Positions 1-9,803 of a stretch of 50,490 nt of DNA are shown here, piece after piece. Both the position numbers and the translations under genes were made by a program. Below the pieces are notes generated by a model. The model saw only the letters and a list, made by a program, of their open reading frames with translations. It had not been told where the DNA came from and made no database searches. Position 1 is the first letter of the stretch. Each line of letters starts with the position of its first letter. The stretch is from the IMG/VR virus record IMGVR_UViG_3300018067_000002, positions 1-50,490 of that record, one strand, 5' to 3'. This DNA comes from a virus (lineage: Duplodnaviria > Caudoviricetes).

Positions 1-123
1 ATCTTCAAGCCAACGAAGCATCCTGAGTTCGTTTTGCATAACGAGAAGGCTGCAAACGACATCGCTGGACTCGCAGGTCTGCACGACCCAAAGATGACGG
101 TCGAGACGGTTGATGGCAAAAAA
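1..123. repeat. Terminal direct repeat copy 1 (circular assembly overlap)
   Basis: Bases 1-123 (atcttcaagcc...gatggcaaaaaa) are identical to 50368-50490 and fall mid-ORF. Confidence 0.97.
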
Positions 124-627
124 GGCACGATGCAGGAAGTCTTGGGCAACAAGCTCGATTGGAAGACGTTGCGTAACCACGATTTGACGAAGCTAGCAAC
201 TGGCGATCTGATGGAAATCATCATGCATCATCCAGTAGATTGGCTTACGTCGAATCACGACGCGCACACTGGCCAATGGCTCCAGACTCCGCACGGTCTG
301 GTAGAGATTGATCGAGGTCAAGCGTTCAAGCATTTTGGAACGGACAAACTCGACCCAGAGTATCATCCGAATGCAGCGTTCGGTGAGGAGCCTCCGATTT
401 ATAACCAAATCCATAAGTTGTATAAAGAGGGCAAACTCGATTTAAACCAGACCGATATCATGAAAGCGCTCGAGGCGTCAATCGGAAAGCTCGATAAAAA
501 TACTCTGCAAGTCTATGATGCGCTGAACCAAGCGCTCGACAAAGCAGGCAAAGGTAATCTCAAGTCGTCGGCTCATCTGCGTTTCAATAATCTGAAAGCC
601 GACATGGCTAAGTTCTGGACGAAGTAA
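1..627 (+). CDS. C-terminal part of the 1433-aa protein starting at 46693; HipA/PI3-PI4-kinase-like domain
   Basis: Frame continues across the junction. Motifs YIFKP...NEKAA...GTMQ...DWLTSNHDAHTGQWL...VEIDRGQAF resemble the Dx4NxDRHxxN and IDHG motifs of HipA/PI-kinase folds. Confidence 0.75.
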   Translation: MFKPTKHPEFVLHNEKAANDIAGLAGLHDPKMTVETVDGKKGTMQEVLGNKLDWKTLRNHDLTKLATGDLMEIIMHHPVDWLTSNHDAHTGQWLQTPHGLVEIDRGQAFKHFGTDKLDPEYHPNAAFGEEPPIYNQIHKLYKEGKLDLNQTDIMKALEASIGKLDKNTLQVYDALNQALDKAGKGNLKSSAHLRFNNLKADMAKFWTK

Positions 628-3135
628 ATGCCTGAATCGATTAGTTTCGACCAAGTCCTGGACGAGATCCTTCCTGCCGAATTACGGCAAGGTCTCGATT
701 CCATCATCCTTGATATCGACAACAAGGACCAGTTCGCTCGAGACCGCTTGATGAAAGTCTGCAAGCGCAACGAGTATTTCTGGGAAGGACTTCAGAACAT
801 CTACTTCAGCGAAGTCGCGCACGATTGGAGATACATCTCTCAGCATGGCGACGGCGAAGACGTCAACTACATGGAAGAAGCTGACGTCGAGAGCAAAATC
901 GTAAATATCTACAAGGCGCACGGTGAGATCATCATCGCCGCCGTTTCTCAGTCTATCCCTGCGACTCGTTTCTTTCCAAACGATGCTGACCAGTCGGCCG
1001 ACATCTACACAGCACAGTCATTCTCGCGACTCGCAGAGCTTATCAGAAAGCACAACAAAGCTCCTTTCCTCTTCATGAAAGCGCTCGGTCTTCTCTACAA
1101 CTCGGGCATGATCGCAGCCTACACCTATAACGACCAGCACGAGAAGTATGGTGTTGATCGGATCGACCACTTCAAACCGGGAGTGGCACAGACACAGGTT
1201 GACTACTGCCCCGACTGTGGAGAACAGTTAGCCGTTCAGCCGATGAACGGCCAAGAAGTTCCGGCGCCGCCACTTCCTCCGGAGACCGACTTGCCATCGC
1301 CACCTCCGGTGCCGGAAGGAGAACCATTGCTGGAGCCTCCCCCGGAAGCGGTGTCGGAACCATTACCCGTCGCTCCGCCTCCTCAAGGTCCGCCTCCGAT
1401 GCCGCCTCCTGGAGCGCCACAGGGCATGATGCCGCCAGAGATGGCAGGTATGGCTCCGCCTCAAGGTCAGACAGTCTGCCCCAATTGTGGAACGCCTGTT
1501 CAGCCCATGTCGGAAGTCGAAGAGGAGGAGACGCAGGAGTTCGATTATCAAGAAATCATTCCGAAGATGCGTCAGATCATCGAGTTGTATGGCCCGATGA
1601 GCGTGCAGATTTTTCCTCGCGCGCGCACGCTAGAACAGTCAGGATACCTCATTCTCAACAGTGAACACGATGTTGCTGAAATGCAAGAGAAGTTTCCGCA
1701 CATCGCGGACCAGATTACTCCTACAGCAGACTCCGAGAGATACGATCGATGGGTGCGCGCGCCGTCGTTGGTCCAATCGGATGACGACGCCGACGTATGC
1801 ACGTGTAGGCAAGTCTGGCTACGTCCCTGGATGTTCAACAAGCTCGGCAAGTCAGACGACGAAAGAATACTGGCGCTTAAGGAACAATTCCCTCGTGGTA
1901 TTCGAGCCGTCTACATCAACGACGTCCTCGCTGAGGTCAACGATGAAGATATGGACGAATACTGGACAGTTTCTGTTGATCCTATTCTAGATCGAGTCCA
2001 CGGTCAGCCCGTGGCAAACTCGGTTGTTCCTGTTCAGGAGATGACTAATGAACTATTCCAACTTACTGTTGAAACAATCCGATACGGAATCCCTGAGACA
2101 TTTGTTGATTCCAGTGTTATTGACTTTCAAAAATACCGGGAGATGGAAATCAGTCCTGGTTCGTTATATCCAGTTAAGGCTCCTGCTGGAGGTAATATCG
2201 GAGCAGCGTTCTACACAAACAAAGCCGCAATGTTATCTCGAGAACATAAGGAATTCGCTGACGATTTACAAGCTGCTGGTCAATTTGTACTCGGAACGGT
2301 TCCATCGGTTTATGGTGGTACCGCCTCCGGAGGATCTGACACAGCTGCTGAATATAGTATGTCGAGAGCTCAAGCTCTGCAACGACTACAAATCGTCTAT
2401 AAGATGATCTCGTTCTTCTGGTCTGATCTTGAGACGAAGGCAGTCAAGTGCTACGCCAAGAACATGAAGAACGACGAGAAGATCGTCAAGTCACAAGGTC
2501 GCAATTCATACATTAACGTGTGGATTCGCAAGGCCGAGATGACAGGCGAAGTCGGTCAGGTCGAGCCGGAGTTGAGCGAACAGTTTCCTCTGGCATGGTC
2601 GCAAAAACGTGACATCATTATGCGCCTCCTCGAGTTGAACAACGATGCCATCAACGAAGCAATGTTCCACCCAGAGAATCGACACACTGTCGCTGAACTC
2701 GTAGGCATCCCAGAACTCACAGTTCCCGGAGACGCAGACAGGACCAAGCAACTCTTCGAGATCTACGAACTACTCAAGGGTCAGCCACAGCCTGTCGGAT
2801 TGAATCCGATGGATGGAACTCCGATCCTTGAAGCGTCTGTTCCGATCGAGAAAGAGGTTGACGAGCACGGTGTCCACATCGCCATCATCAAAGAATGGTG
2901 CGTAGGCGAGATTGGGATGGATCAGAAGATGACGAATCCCGGTGGCTACATGAACGTCATCGCTCATCTACAGGCGCACACGGAGGCCGAGCAAGCTGAG
3001 ATGATGGAACAAATGATGATGCAAGGTGGAGCGCCTCCTGGAGGACCTCCGCCGTCAGGAGGAAAAGGATCGCCTCCGAAAGGTAAAGATACAGAGTCAA
3101 TTCCGGCTCCAAGAGGTGTAGCAAATGTTCCATAA
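628..3135 (+). CDS. Portal protein (podovirus/P22-like) with Pro-rich insert
   Basis: 835 aa; lies between the TerL region and scaffold/capsid; portal-like segments (VPVQEMTNEL, SDTAAEYSMSRAQA, AIIKEW...HLQAH) and a Gln/Pro/Met-rich tail. Confidence 0.75.
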   Translation: MPESISFDQVLDEILPAELRQGLDSIILDIDNKDQFARDRLMKVCKRNEYFWEGLQNIYFSEVAHDWRYISQHGDGEDVNYMEEADVESKIVNIYKAHGEIIIAAVSQSIPATRFFPNDADQSADIYTAQSFSRLAELIRKHNKAPFLFMKALGLLYNSGMIAAYTYNDQHEKYGVDRIDHFKPGVAQTQVDYCPDCGEQLAVQPMNGQEVPAPPLPPETDLPSPPPVPEGEPLLEPPPEAVSEPLPVAPPPQGPPPMPPPGAPQGMMPPEMAGMAPPQGQTVCPNCGTPVQPMSEVEEEETQEFDYQEIIPKMRQIIELYGPMSVQIFPRARTLEQSGYLILNSEHDVAEMQEKFPHIADQITPTADSERYDRWVRAPSLVQSDDDADVCTCRQVWLRPWMFNKLGKSDDERILALKEQFPRGIRAVYINDVLAEVNDEDMDEYWTVSVDPILDRVHGQPVANSVVPVQEMTNELFQLTVETIRYGIPETFVDSSVIDFQKYREMEISPGSLYPVKAPAGGNIGAAFYTNKAAMLSREHKEFADDLQAAGQFVLGTVPSVYGGTASGGSDTAAEYSMSRAQALQRLQIVYKMISFFWSDLETKAVKCYAKNMKNDEKIVKSQGRNSYINVWIRKAEMTGEVGQVEPELSEQFPLAWSQKRDIIMRLLELNNDAINEAMFHPENRHTVAELVGIPELTVPGDADRTKQLFEIYELLKGQPQPVGLNPMDGTPILEASVPIEKEVDEHGVHIAIIKEWCVGEIGMDQKMTNPGGYMNVIAHLQAHTEAEQAEMMEQMMMQGGAPPGGPPPSGGKGSPPKGKDTESIPAPRGVANVP

Positions 3136-4417
3136 GTTTCTATTTCCGTTATACGACGATTCCGAGTCGTTCGGTGGACCCGGCGGTTCCACACAGTCTG
3201 ACTTAGACATTTTGAACGCTCCTGACGAACCCGAGGCTGAAACCGAGACGGTCGACGAAGAAGCTGTCGAGCCGGTCGATAAGGCTGACGAACCAGGAGA
3301 GGTGACTTTTGAAACTCCCGAGGAAGCTGAAGGAACGGAGACGACAAAGGAGGAAAAGCCTCCTGTTGCTGAGGAGCCTGATGACGCAGAGGTTCCAACA
3401 GGTCAGCTACGTTTCAAGGACGTCAAGGGAAAATTCCCGACCGTCTTCAAGGAGTTCCCTCAGCTCGCTACAGCTATCCGCAATGACCGAGCGTATGGTG
3501 AGATATTTGCGTCACCGGAAGACGCTCGAGACGCTGCACAGCGCGCCTCTTATTTCAACACGCTCGAAGGACATCTGACTGGTGGCTCAGTAAAGGAGTT
3601 GCTTGGCGACATCGAGAAAGCAAATCCCGAGACGTTCAAGAAAGTTGTGCGCGATTTTCTACCGACTGTCAAGTCAAAGTCGATGGAACTGTTCGCTGAG
3701 ATCACGCTACCGGCTGTCAACGACGTCCTCAGGAGTGCGATTCGCGACGCAGAGGGCTCCGAAAATGTTAATCTACGCAATGCCGCTCTCCACATTGCTA
3801 AATATTTATACGGCAAGCCTGAGATACCGGATCTCGACGCTAAAAAGCCAGCGGCATCGAACGAGGAAGAAGAGCGTATCAAAGCCGAACGTCAAGCTTT
3901 CTGGCAAGAGAAGCAACAAGACTTCACAAACGAGTGCTTCACGACAGGGCGAGACGAAACCTTCACGGAAATCGCGAAAGGTATCGACAACGACAAGTCA
4001 ATCTCGCCGTTCCTCAAGTCCACGTTGAAGGAGAAAATCTTCAACGAGGTCGATCAACTTCTTGCTAAAGATACACGTCATCTTCGTCAAATGAATGCTC
4101 TGTGGCGCAAAGCCGAGTCAACTGGGTTTCAAAAAGAGTCACGCAGGGAAATCATAGACGCCTACCTGCGAGGCGCTAAGGCTCTGATACCATCCGTTCG
4201 ACAGAAGCTCCGTGCCGAGGCAGGACTTGTTCCTGCTGGTAAACAACCCATTAAACAGCCTGAGACATCTAAACAGCGAACTAACATTCCGCAGTCTGGA
4301 CGGCAAGCCTCAGGTCAGGCCGCTAAAATCCCGTCGGCCCGGGACGTGAACTGGGGAAAGACTTCCGATCTGGACTTCTTGAATGGAAAGTATACGCCGA
4401 AAAGAAGGTCTCAGTAG
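3125..4417 (+). CDS. Putative capsid scaffolding protein
   Basis: Acidic low-complexity N-terminus, helical core, basic C-terminus; position between portal and capsid. Confidence 0.6.
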   Translation: MFHKFLFPLYDDSESFGGPGGSTQSDLDILNAPDEPEAETETVDEEAVEPVDKADEPGEVTFETPEEAEGTETTKEEKPPVAEEPDDAEVPTGQLRFKDVKGKFPTVFKEFPQLATAIRNDRAYGEIFASPEDARDAAQRASYFNTLEGHLTGGSVKELLGDIEKANPETFKKVVRDFLPTVKSKSMELFAEITLPAVNDVLRSAIRDAEGSENVNLRNAALHIAKYLYGKPEIPDLDAKKPAASNEEEERIKAERQAFWQEKQQDFTNECFTTGRDETFTEIAKGIDNDKSISPFLKSTLKEKIFNEVDQLLAKDTRHLRQMNALWRKAESTGFQKESRREIIDAYLRGAKALIPSVRQKLRAEAGLVPAGKQPIKQPETSKQRTNIPQSGRQASGQAAKIPSARDVNWGKTSDLDFLNGKYTPKRRSQ

Positions 4418-4429
4418 GAGTTACCTGTC

Positions 4430-5713
4430 ATGGCAATGGACGAAACTCAGGTAGCTGCTACCGAATTGGAGAACGTCCGAAAGAAGATTCCGATCCTTTT
4501 TGACAAAGAGGACACCTTTTACTCGCAGATCGAGAAGGGTGAGGTCGAACAGATTTCCAGCCGGGATATGAGAATCCCGCTCGAAATTCGGCCCGGTGGA
4601 CGCTTCGGACACTTTGATCCGGCAGGCGGCGACCTCGGACGCGGCGAAGGGCCGACTTACGAGAAGGCGGTCATCAACACCGTTCACTTGCGCCACGCAA
4701 TCGAATGGCACAAGAAGACGGAATGGTCGACGGATTCGCAGCGCAAGGCTGTGGTCCAGTCGGTCAAGAAGCTCCTTGCCTCCGGAATGGTGGAGTTTCG
4801 CCGAGCGGTAGATGCGCTCGCTGTGTCTTCCGACGGCACAGGGACGCTGGGAACCGTCTCTGCTTACTCCACGTCCGGCGGCAAGGACACGCTGACCTGT
4901 GCATCAGACGGCTACGGCGTGCGCCTGATGCGACACGGTCAGCTGTTGTCCCTCTACGACGCAACGCTGGCGGTTCGCAAGCCCTTCGTCGGGGCAGCGA
5001 CGCTCAACGGTGAAGCGCCTATCGATCTTCTGGACTTGCAGAACAAGACAGTCCGGATGAACGGTGCGGCAACGACGCCGGTCGCTGGCGACAAGCTCGT
5101 AGTCAGCGGTCTGACGTCGACTCCTCCGATCTCGCTTTACGGTGTTCCGTATCACGTATCGAATGCGAGCACTGGCTCGTGGCTCGGTCTTGATCGTGCG
5201 CTGTTCCCCGAGATTCGGGCGAATCGTGTCAACGCCAACGGAACGTCGCTGGCGCTTTCCTACGCGCGCGTTGCGCTCAACAAGGTCGGTGACCGTCTTG
5301 GTCAGGACCACGGCAACCGCGCAACAGCGTGGATGCATCCCGCACAGATCCAGGCTTACGAAGAGCTTGGTCAGTTGGTCATGAACATCGAAAAGACCGC
5401 TGGCAAGCAGAGCCTCGATCTCTACTTTGGTGACGGCGACAACTTCAAGATCGCCGGAACCTCCATCCGGAAGCACTATTCGTGGGACAAGCGTCGGATC
5501 GACTTCCTCGTGATGGACACGTGGGGGCGCGCCGAGATGCATCCTGCCGGATTCTACGAAGTTGACGGACGGAAGATTTTCGAAATTCGTGGCGCTTCGG
5601 GTGGCGTTGCGACGTCGCAAATCTTCTACACCGTGGCTTCGTTCAACATCTACAACTCGAACCCCGCGGCTTCGAGCTACATCGACAACCTCGCAGTTCC
5701 TGCGGGCTACTAA
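4430..5713 (+). CDS. Major capsid protein
   Basis: 427 aa, strong RBS (taggag), biased high-expression codons, follows the scaffold and is followed by a GC hairpin. Confidence 0.8.
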   Translation: MAMDETQVAATELENVRKKIPILFDKEDTFYSQIEKGEVEQISSRDMRIPLEIRPGGRFGHFDPAGGDLGRGEGPTYEKAVINTVHLRHAIEWHKKTEWSTDSQRKAVVQSVKKLLASGMVEFRRAVDALAVSSDGTGTLGTVSAYSTSGGKDTLTCASDGYGVRLMRHGQLLSLYDATLAVRKPFVGAATLNGEAPIDLLDLQNKTVRMNGAATTPVAGDKLVVSGLTSTPPISLYGVPYHVSNASTGSWLGLDRALFPEIRANRVNANGTSLALSYARVALNKVGDRLGQDHGNRATAWMHPAQIQAYEELGQLVMNIEKTAGKQSLDLYFGDGDNFKIAGTSIRKHYSWDKRRIDFLVMDTWGRAEMHPAGFYEVDGRKIFEIRGASGGVATSQIFYTVASFNIYNSNPAASSYIDNLAVPAGY

Positions 5714-5719
5714 GGAGAA

Positions 5720-5741
5720 GGGGGAGTCGAAAGGCTCCCCC
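5720..5741 (+). terminator. Hairpin after the capsid gene (weak terminator or mRNA stabiliser)
   Basis: gggggagtc-gaaa-ggctccccc; poor U tail. Confidence 0.6.
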
Positions 5742-5747
5742 AGTTCT

Positions 5748-6197
5748 ATGGATTCATTAGAGATGATCTTCATTAACAGGCAACTTGAGAATCGCTGGGG
5801 CAACAAGTATCGTATCGTAGAGGCTGACAAAGAGTTCGAAACGCGCTATCGGAAATTTTCTAAATTTGATAACTCCGGTAACTACCTCGGAGAAACTGAG
5901 GAAACCGGCAGATTTAGAAAGTATCCGAACTGTCGAAACTGTATAGTTCTCGAGAAGAACGTTAGAGATCAGCCGGTTCCAATTGAGATAAAGGACTGGA
6001 ACGGTTGGGAGATCATCTGGCCTTTCAAGAAACCGGGAACAGATGATCCGATTGATCCAAACTTAGAAGTGTGCATGTATATTACGGACAAGTTAGAGAA
6101 CGGAGTCCGTATGACTGCACAGGATTGGAAGGATCTAGAGCAACGACAACACGAAGCCGAAGTTGAGAGAGTTTACGGACTATTAGGGGGCGATTGA
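5748..6197 (+). CDS. Hypothetical protein
   Basis: ATG 5748 after the hairpin; TGATG coupling to the next gene. Confidence 0.6.
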   Translation: MDSLEMIFINRQLENRWGNKYRIVEADKEFETRYRKFSKFDNSGNYLGETEETGRFRKYPNCRNCIVLEKNVRDQPVPIEIKDWNGWEIIWPFKKPGTDDPIDPNLEVCMYITDKLENGVRMTAQDWKDLEQRQHEAEVERVYGLLGGD

Positions 6198-6847
6198 TGC
6201 CGAAAGATTTTGCTACTGCTTCAACGATTATCAGTTTGTTTCCTCTACCAATCTTCGAGAGGAAGCCTCTGATTCCAAGTCTCTATCAAGTTCCAGCTTC
6301 AAAGCGAGAACTCGATCCACAGATTCTTGTCGTCAAGGAAGGCATCTTCCATGTCTATCTTGACGAATTTCGCGGCATGATGACCATTCGGACGCCAGCT
6401 ATTACAGTGGCAGACTCGGTCGTCAGAGATTTCATGGACAGCCAGTATATGGCATCAGACGACGCCAGACCTGCGCTGTGGCACATTCCAGGTGAGTGGT
6501 CACCTATCGATATCGCGACCGATCGTGAGCAACAGAATCGCATACAAGCTGAGAACTCTCTGCAACTCGAGTGGTTCAAACGCTTGATCGTCATCGCCGA
6601 CGACGAGTGGCAGAAGTTCCATCAGCATCGGATGATCACAGAAGTGCAGAAGGTTGCAGCTGGTCGTCTGCGACTGGTGCGCGAATGGGCCATCGAGCAC
6701 AAGCCGGAGAACATCACGGACTGCCCCGGATGCGGCTCAGTGATCAACAAGAAGGTTGCAGTCTGCCGAGACTGTGGCTGCATCATCAACATGGATCTCT
6801 ACAAGACACTTCAGTTTACTGGAGCTGTGGAACATGCTAGCAAGTGA
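6197..6847 (+). CDS. Hypothetical protein with C-terminal zinc ribbon
   Basis: CPGCG...CRDCG near the C-terminus. Confidence 0.65.
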   Translation: MPKDFATASTIISLFPLPIFERKPLIPSLYQVPASKRELDPQILVVKEGIFHVYLDEFRGMMTIRTPAITVADSVVRDFMDSQYMASDDARPALWHIPGEWSPIDIATDREQQNRIQAENSLQLEWFKRLIVIADDEWQKFHQHRMITEVQKVAAGRLRLVREWAIEHKPENITDCPGCGSVINKKVAVCRDCGCIINMDLYKTLQFTGAVEHASK

Positions 6848-7478
6848 AGTCATGGACGAAGCGGCGGCGCTGATGAACGACTCAGGTAAGCTGACGTGGG
6901 GCTACCCACAGCTTCTCCCATATCTGCAACGTGCATACAGAACGCTAGAGTTAAACCTCTTTCTTAACGGTGTGAGGTCGTTAAAGGAGGTCTCGCTCGT
7001 TATCCCCGTGGATGCCTACGCCAAGGAGATAACACTGCCGCAGGACTTCGTTCAACCTATCGCTGTCGGAGAACGGTCTAGAAATTCGACAGATGAATAC
7101 GTAAACGTCACAGAGTCCGACTGGGATCAGGGATTCAAGTCGGACTACGTTCAGTTCTGGACGTTTCGAGAAGACCTGCTTAAGATTAATGCTCCGAATA
7201 CAGATCGAGAAGTTCTCCTGCGGTATCGCAAAGGACTGGCTTCTCTTACGAGCGAGAACTCTAACATTACTATTCTTCTGTCGAAGCCTTATCTATCAGC
7301 AAAGACAGCCGCTAATGCCTCTGCATTCGGAGCGTCCAACCCAGAACGAGCGGGCATCCTGAACGGAGAGGCAGGTGACTGTCTTTCAATGCTGATCAAT
7401 TCTGAAATACGGAACCAACAAGGGCAACGGTTCCGACGTCGAGCATACGGATCAAGCAGGCGCGCACGGCGCTTCTAG
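6834..7478 (+). CDS. Putative head-tail adaptor (tail tubular A-like)
   Basis: ~214 aa from ATG 6834; LPQDF motif and position before the nozzle-size gene. Confidence 0.55.
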   Translation: MLASEVMDEAAALMNDSGKLTWGYPQLLPYLQRAYRTLELNLFLNGVRSLKEVSLVIPVDAYAKEITLPQDFVQPIAVGERSRNSTDEYVNVTESDWDQGFKSDYVQFWTFREDLLKINAPNTDREVLLRYRKGLASLTSENSNITILLSKPYLSAKTAANASAFGASNPERAGILNGEAGDCLSMLINSEIRNQQGQRFRRRAYGSSRRARRF

Positions 7479-7488
7479 GAGAGACCTC

Positions 7489-7944
7489 ATGCCACTCCGA
7501 AGAAAGAACATGAATGCAGAAGTAAAGAAGCTCGTTGACCACGAGATGCTCTTTACAATGCGAACAAGGTTCACCGCAGCAGATCTCGTCGTAGCTCCTG
7601 GCACGACACTTCTGCCTGCATTTCCAAACGCATCGTATCGACTTGTTGACCTCATGGCTATCGCTAACGGTGGCGCAGCCGGAGGTTTGACAAACATTAT
7701 CGTTAGCGGAACTGTAGGTGCAGTTAAGACAACTCTTGCTACACTGTTACCCGCTAACTTGACGCAGTCAGCACTTCTTCGTCTGGGTGCGACTGGTGCG
7801 GCTCCCGCGGCAAACGGTGTGACGCTTCAACCGATGGACCCGTCAACGTCCATCATGATCGAGCGCACAGGCACAGCATTGACTGGTGCGACAAGCATCG
7901 ACGTTATCGCGACGTATGCCCTCGAGGGGCGCACGGTAATCTAA
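7489..7944 (+). CDS. Putative virion structural protein
   Basis: RBS aggag; Ala/Thr/Gly-rich beta-type sequence. Confidence 0.5.
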   Translation: MPLRRKNMNAEVKKLVDHEMLFTMRTRFTAADLVVAPGTTLLPAFPNASYRLVDLMAIANGGAAGGLTNIIVSGTVGAVKTTLATLLPANLTQSALLRLGATGAAPAANGVTLQPMDPSTSIMIERTGTALTGATSIDVIATYALEGRTVI

Positions 7945-9803
7945 TGATCGAAAACCACGTTCCAATACCCATTAACGATTTCAATGGTCTGTTCGACCGT
8001 GGTCCAGACGAGGCTATACCTCTCGATCATTTCAGAACTGCTCAGAACCTCAAATACAAGCCGACAGGCTTTTACACAAGGGAAGGCTCCATACTGTCAA
8101 CAACGTGTGGAGCCGTCCTTCGTTTTCACGTATACAAGATCACAGGACAAGCGTCAAGACTGCTTATCCTTTTAACTGGCGGACAGCTCTATGATTCCGC
8201 CAATATGTTGAATCCGATTCTTAATATTCCCACGATGACAGACTTCTCGATGGAAGTCTTTTTCGATAGAGCTTACATTACGCCACACAACGGACTCACC
8301 GGACTTCCTGGTCAGTTCGTTTACTACTACACAGGCTCCGGAACGGCTGTTGTCGCAGGTGGACCCGGACCTGCTATTGCGCCACCAATGGGTATTGCTC
8401 AAGGTGGTGCTGGACATATAGATAAAGGTATCCATGCGTTTGCTGTAGCGTTTGAGACCACAACAGGTTTCGTTACACAGATGGGTGGGTTCACGGGTAT
8501 CGTAACAAGTGGCGAGAAAACTGTCGAACTCTCTGGAATTCCTCTCGGTCCTGCTGGGACCGTAGCTCGTATACTGTTCGCAACTAAGGACGTTGCAGAT
8601 CCGGTAACAGGTCTTTACGATTGGGACTATGCTAATGCAGAATGGTTCTTCGTCCCAGAGGGACGGATCGCAAATAACACCACAACAACTAAATCAGTGT
8701 CGTTCTTCGATGCTGATCTCCAGGACCAAGCAGACTATATCCTTGAACAACTACCCACGATCCCTGCCGGAGTTGGGATCACCGCGTATAAAGGAAGCAT
8801 GGTTGTCTGGGGAGAAGATGCAAACCAATCCACCGTTCGGATCTCCAAGGCAGGACAGCCTGAATCTTTTAACGCAGTCGAAGGCTTCCTCCAAGTCGAA
8901 CCATCTAATGGTGGAGGAGTAAGAAACTGTGTGGAGTTCCGCTCGGCTCTTTACATCCTGAAATCCCAACGGTGCTATGCGACAGTTGCAACCGATGAAG
9001 AAGCGGCGTTCTGGGACGCGCCACTGCTCGACGGTTCCGCTGGAACTGAGTGTCACGGGATCGGAAAGATTTTTGAGCGGAACTCCAACACGGTCGACAA
9101 GTATCTGATTGCCTCTCGTCGTGGCTTGTTGCTCTTTACGGGTAACTTTCAAGAAGAAATCTCTTGGAAGGTGAAAGACATCTGGGGTCGTATTACTCCA
9201 CAATACTTTCACAAAATCCAAGTGATGGTCGACGCAGACAATCAGTTCATCTATGTGTCGTTGCCCATAGATGGTTCAACCGTCACGAACTGTGTTCTCT
9301 TTGCAGACTATTCAGTTAACCTGGATTCTGCAAAGGTCAAGTGGGCAGTCTGGACGTTTCCACACAAGCCTGTTTCGATCGCGCTCGACGTCGACGATGT
9401 CACCAAAGAGATTATCTTTCGATTCGCGCGTGAGGATCAGAACATCTACAGAATCCAGCCGAACGTCTGGAACGATTACGGGATCGCTATCAATACGATC
9501 TGGGAGACTGCACAGACACCGTTCGACTCTAAAGGCGAAGTGTTCCATCACGGAGGCGCGCGCCTTAGAGTCTATGGACAAGGCAATTTAGCTCTCACGG
9601 TCACGACGCTAGACAACGCTGTGGTCGCGCAACTTCCTGCAATCCCGTTGTTTCAGAATCCTGGAGTCTATCCCTTCAGATCATACAACATCCAGAGTGA
9701 GAAGGTTACTCTAAAAGGAACTCTGGACGCTTTTGACGAACACTTAGTTATCACTAAACTCTGGGTGTTTGTTAGACAACTCTGGCTTACGAGACCTCAG
9801 TAA
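7944..9803 (+). CDS. Putative tail nozzle/stabilisation protein (P22 gp10 or tubular B-like)
   Basis: 619 aa, beta-rich, FNGL N-terminal motif, TAATG coupling at both ends. Confidence 0.55.
   Translation: MIENHVPIPINDFNGLFDRGPDEAIPLDHFRTAQNLKYKPTGFYTREGSILSTTCGAVLRFHVYKITGQASRLLILLTGGQLYDSANMLNPILNIPTMTDFSMEVFFDRAYITPHNGLTGLPGQFVYYYTGSGTAVVAGGPGPAIAPPMGIAQGGAGHIDKGIHAFAVAFETTTGFVTQMGGFTGIVTSGEKTVELSGIPLGPAGTVARILFATKDVADPVTGLYDWDYANAEWFFVPEGRIANNTTTTKSVSFFDADLQDQADYILEQLPTIPAGVGITAYKGSMVVWGEDANQSTVRISKAGQPESFNAVEGFLQVEPSNGGGVRNCVEFRSALYILKSQRCYATVATDEEAAFWDAPLLDGSAGTECHGIGKIFERNSNTVDKYLIASRRGLLLFTGNFQEEISWKVKDIWGRITPQYFHKIQVMVDADNQFIYVSLPIDGSTVTNCVLFADYSVNLDSAKVKWAVWTFPHKPVSIALDVDDVTKEIIFRFAREDQNIYRIQPNVWNDYGIAINTIWETAQTPFDSKGEVFHHGGARLRVYGQGNLALTVTTLDNAVVAQLPAIPLFQNPGVYPFRSYNIQSEKVTLKGTLDAFDEHLVITKLWVFVRQLWLTRPQ

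Noticed and set aside
34-627. Standalone 197-aa gene
   Set aside because: It is the C-terminus of the ORF starting at 46693.
4904-5830. 308-aa antisense ORF and similar long shadow ORFs
   Set aside because: They are antisense to codon-biased real genes and lack RBS or motifs.
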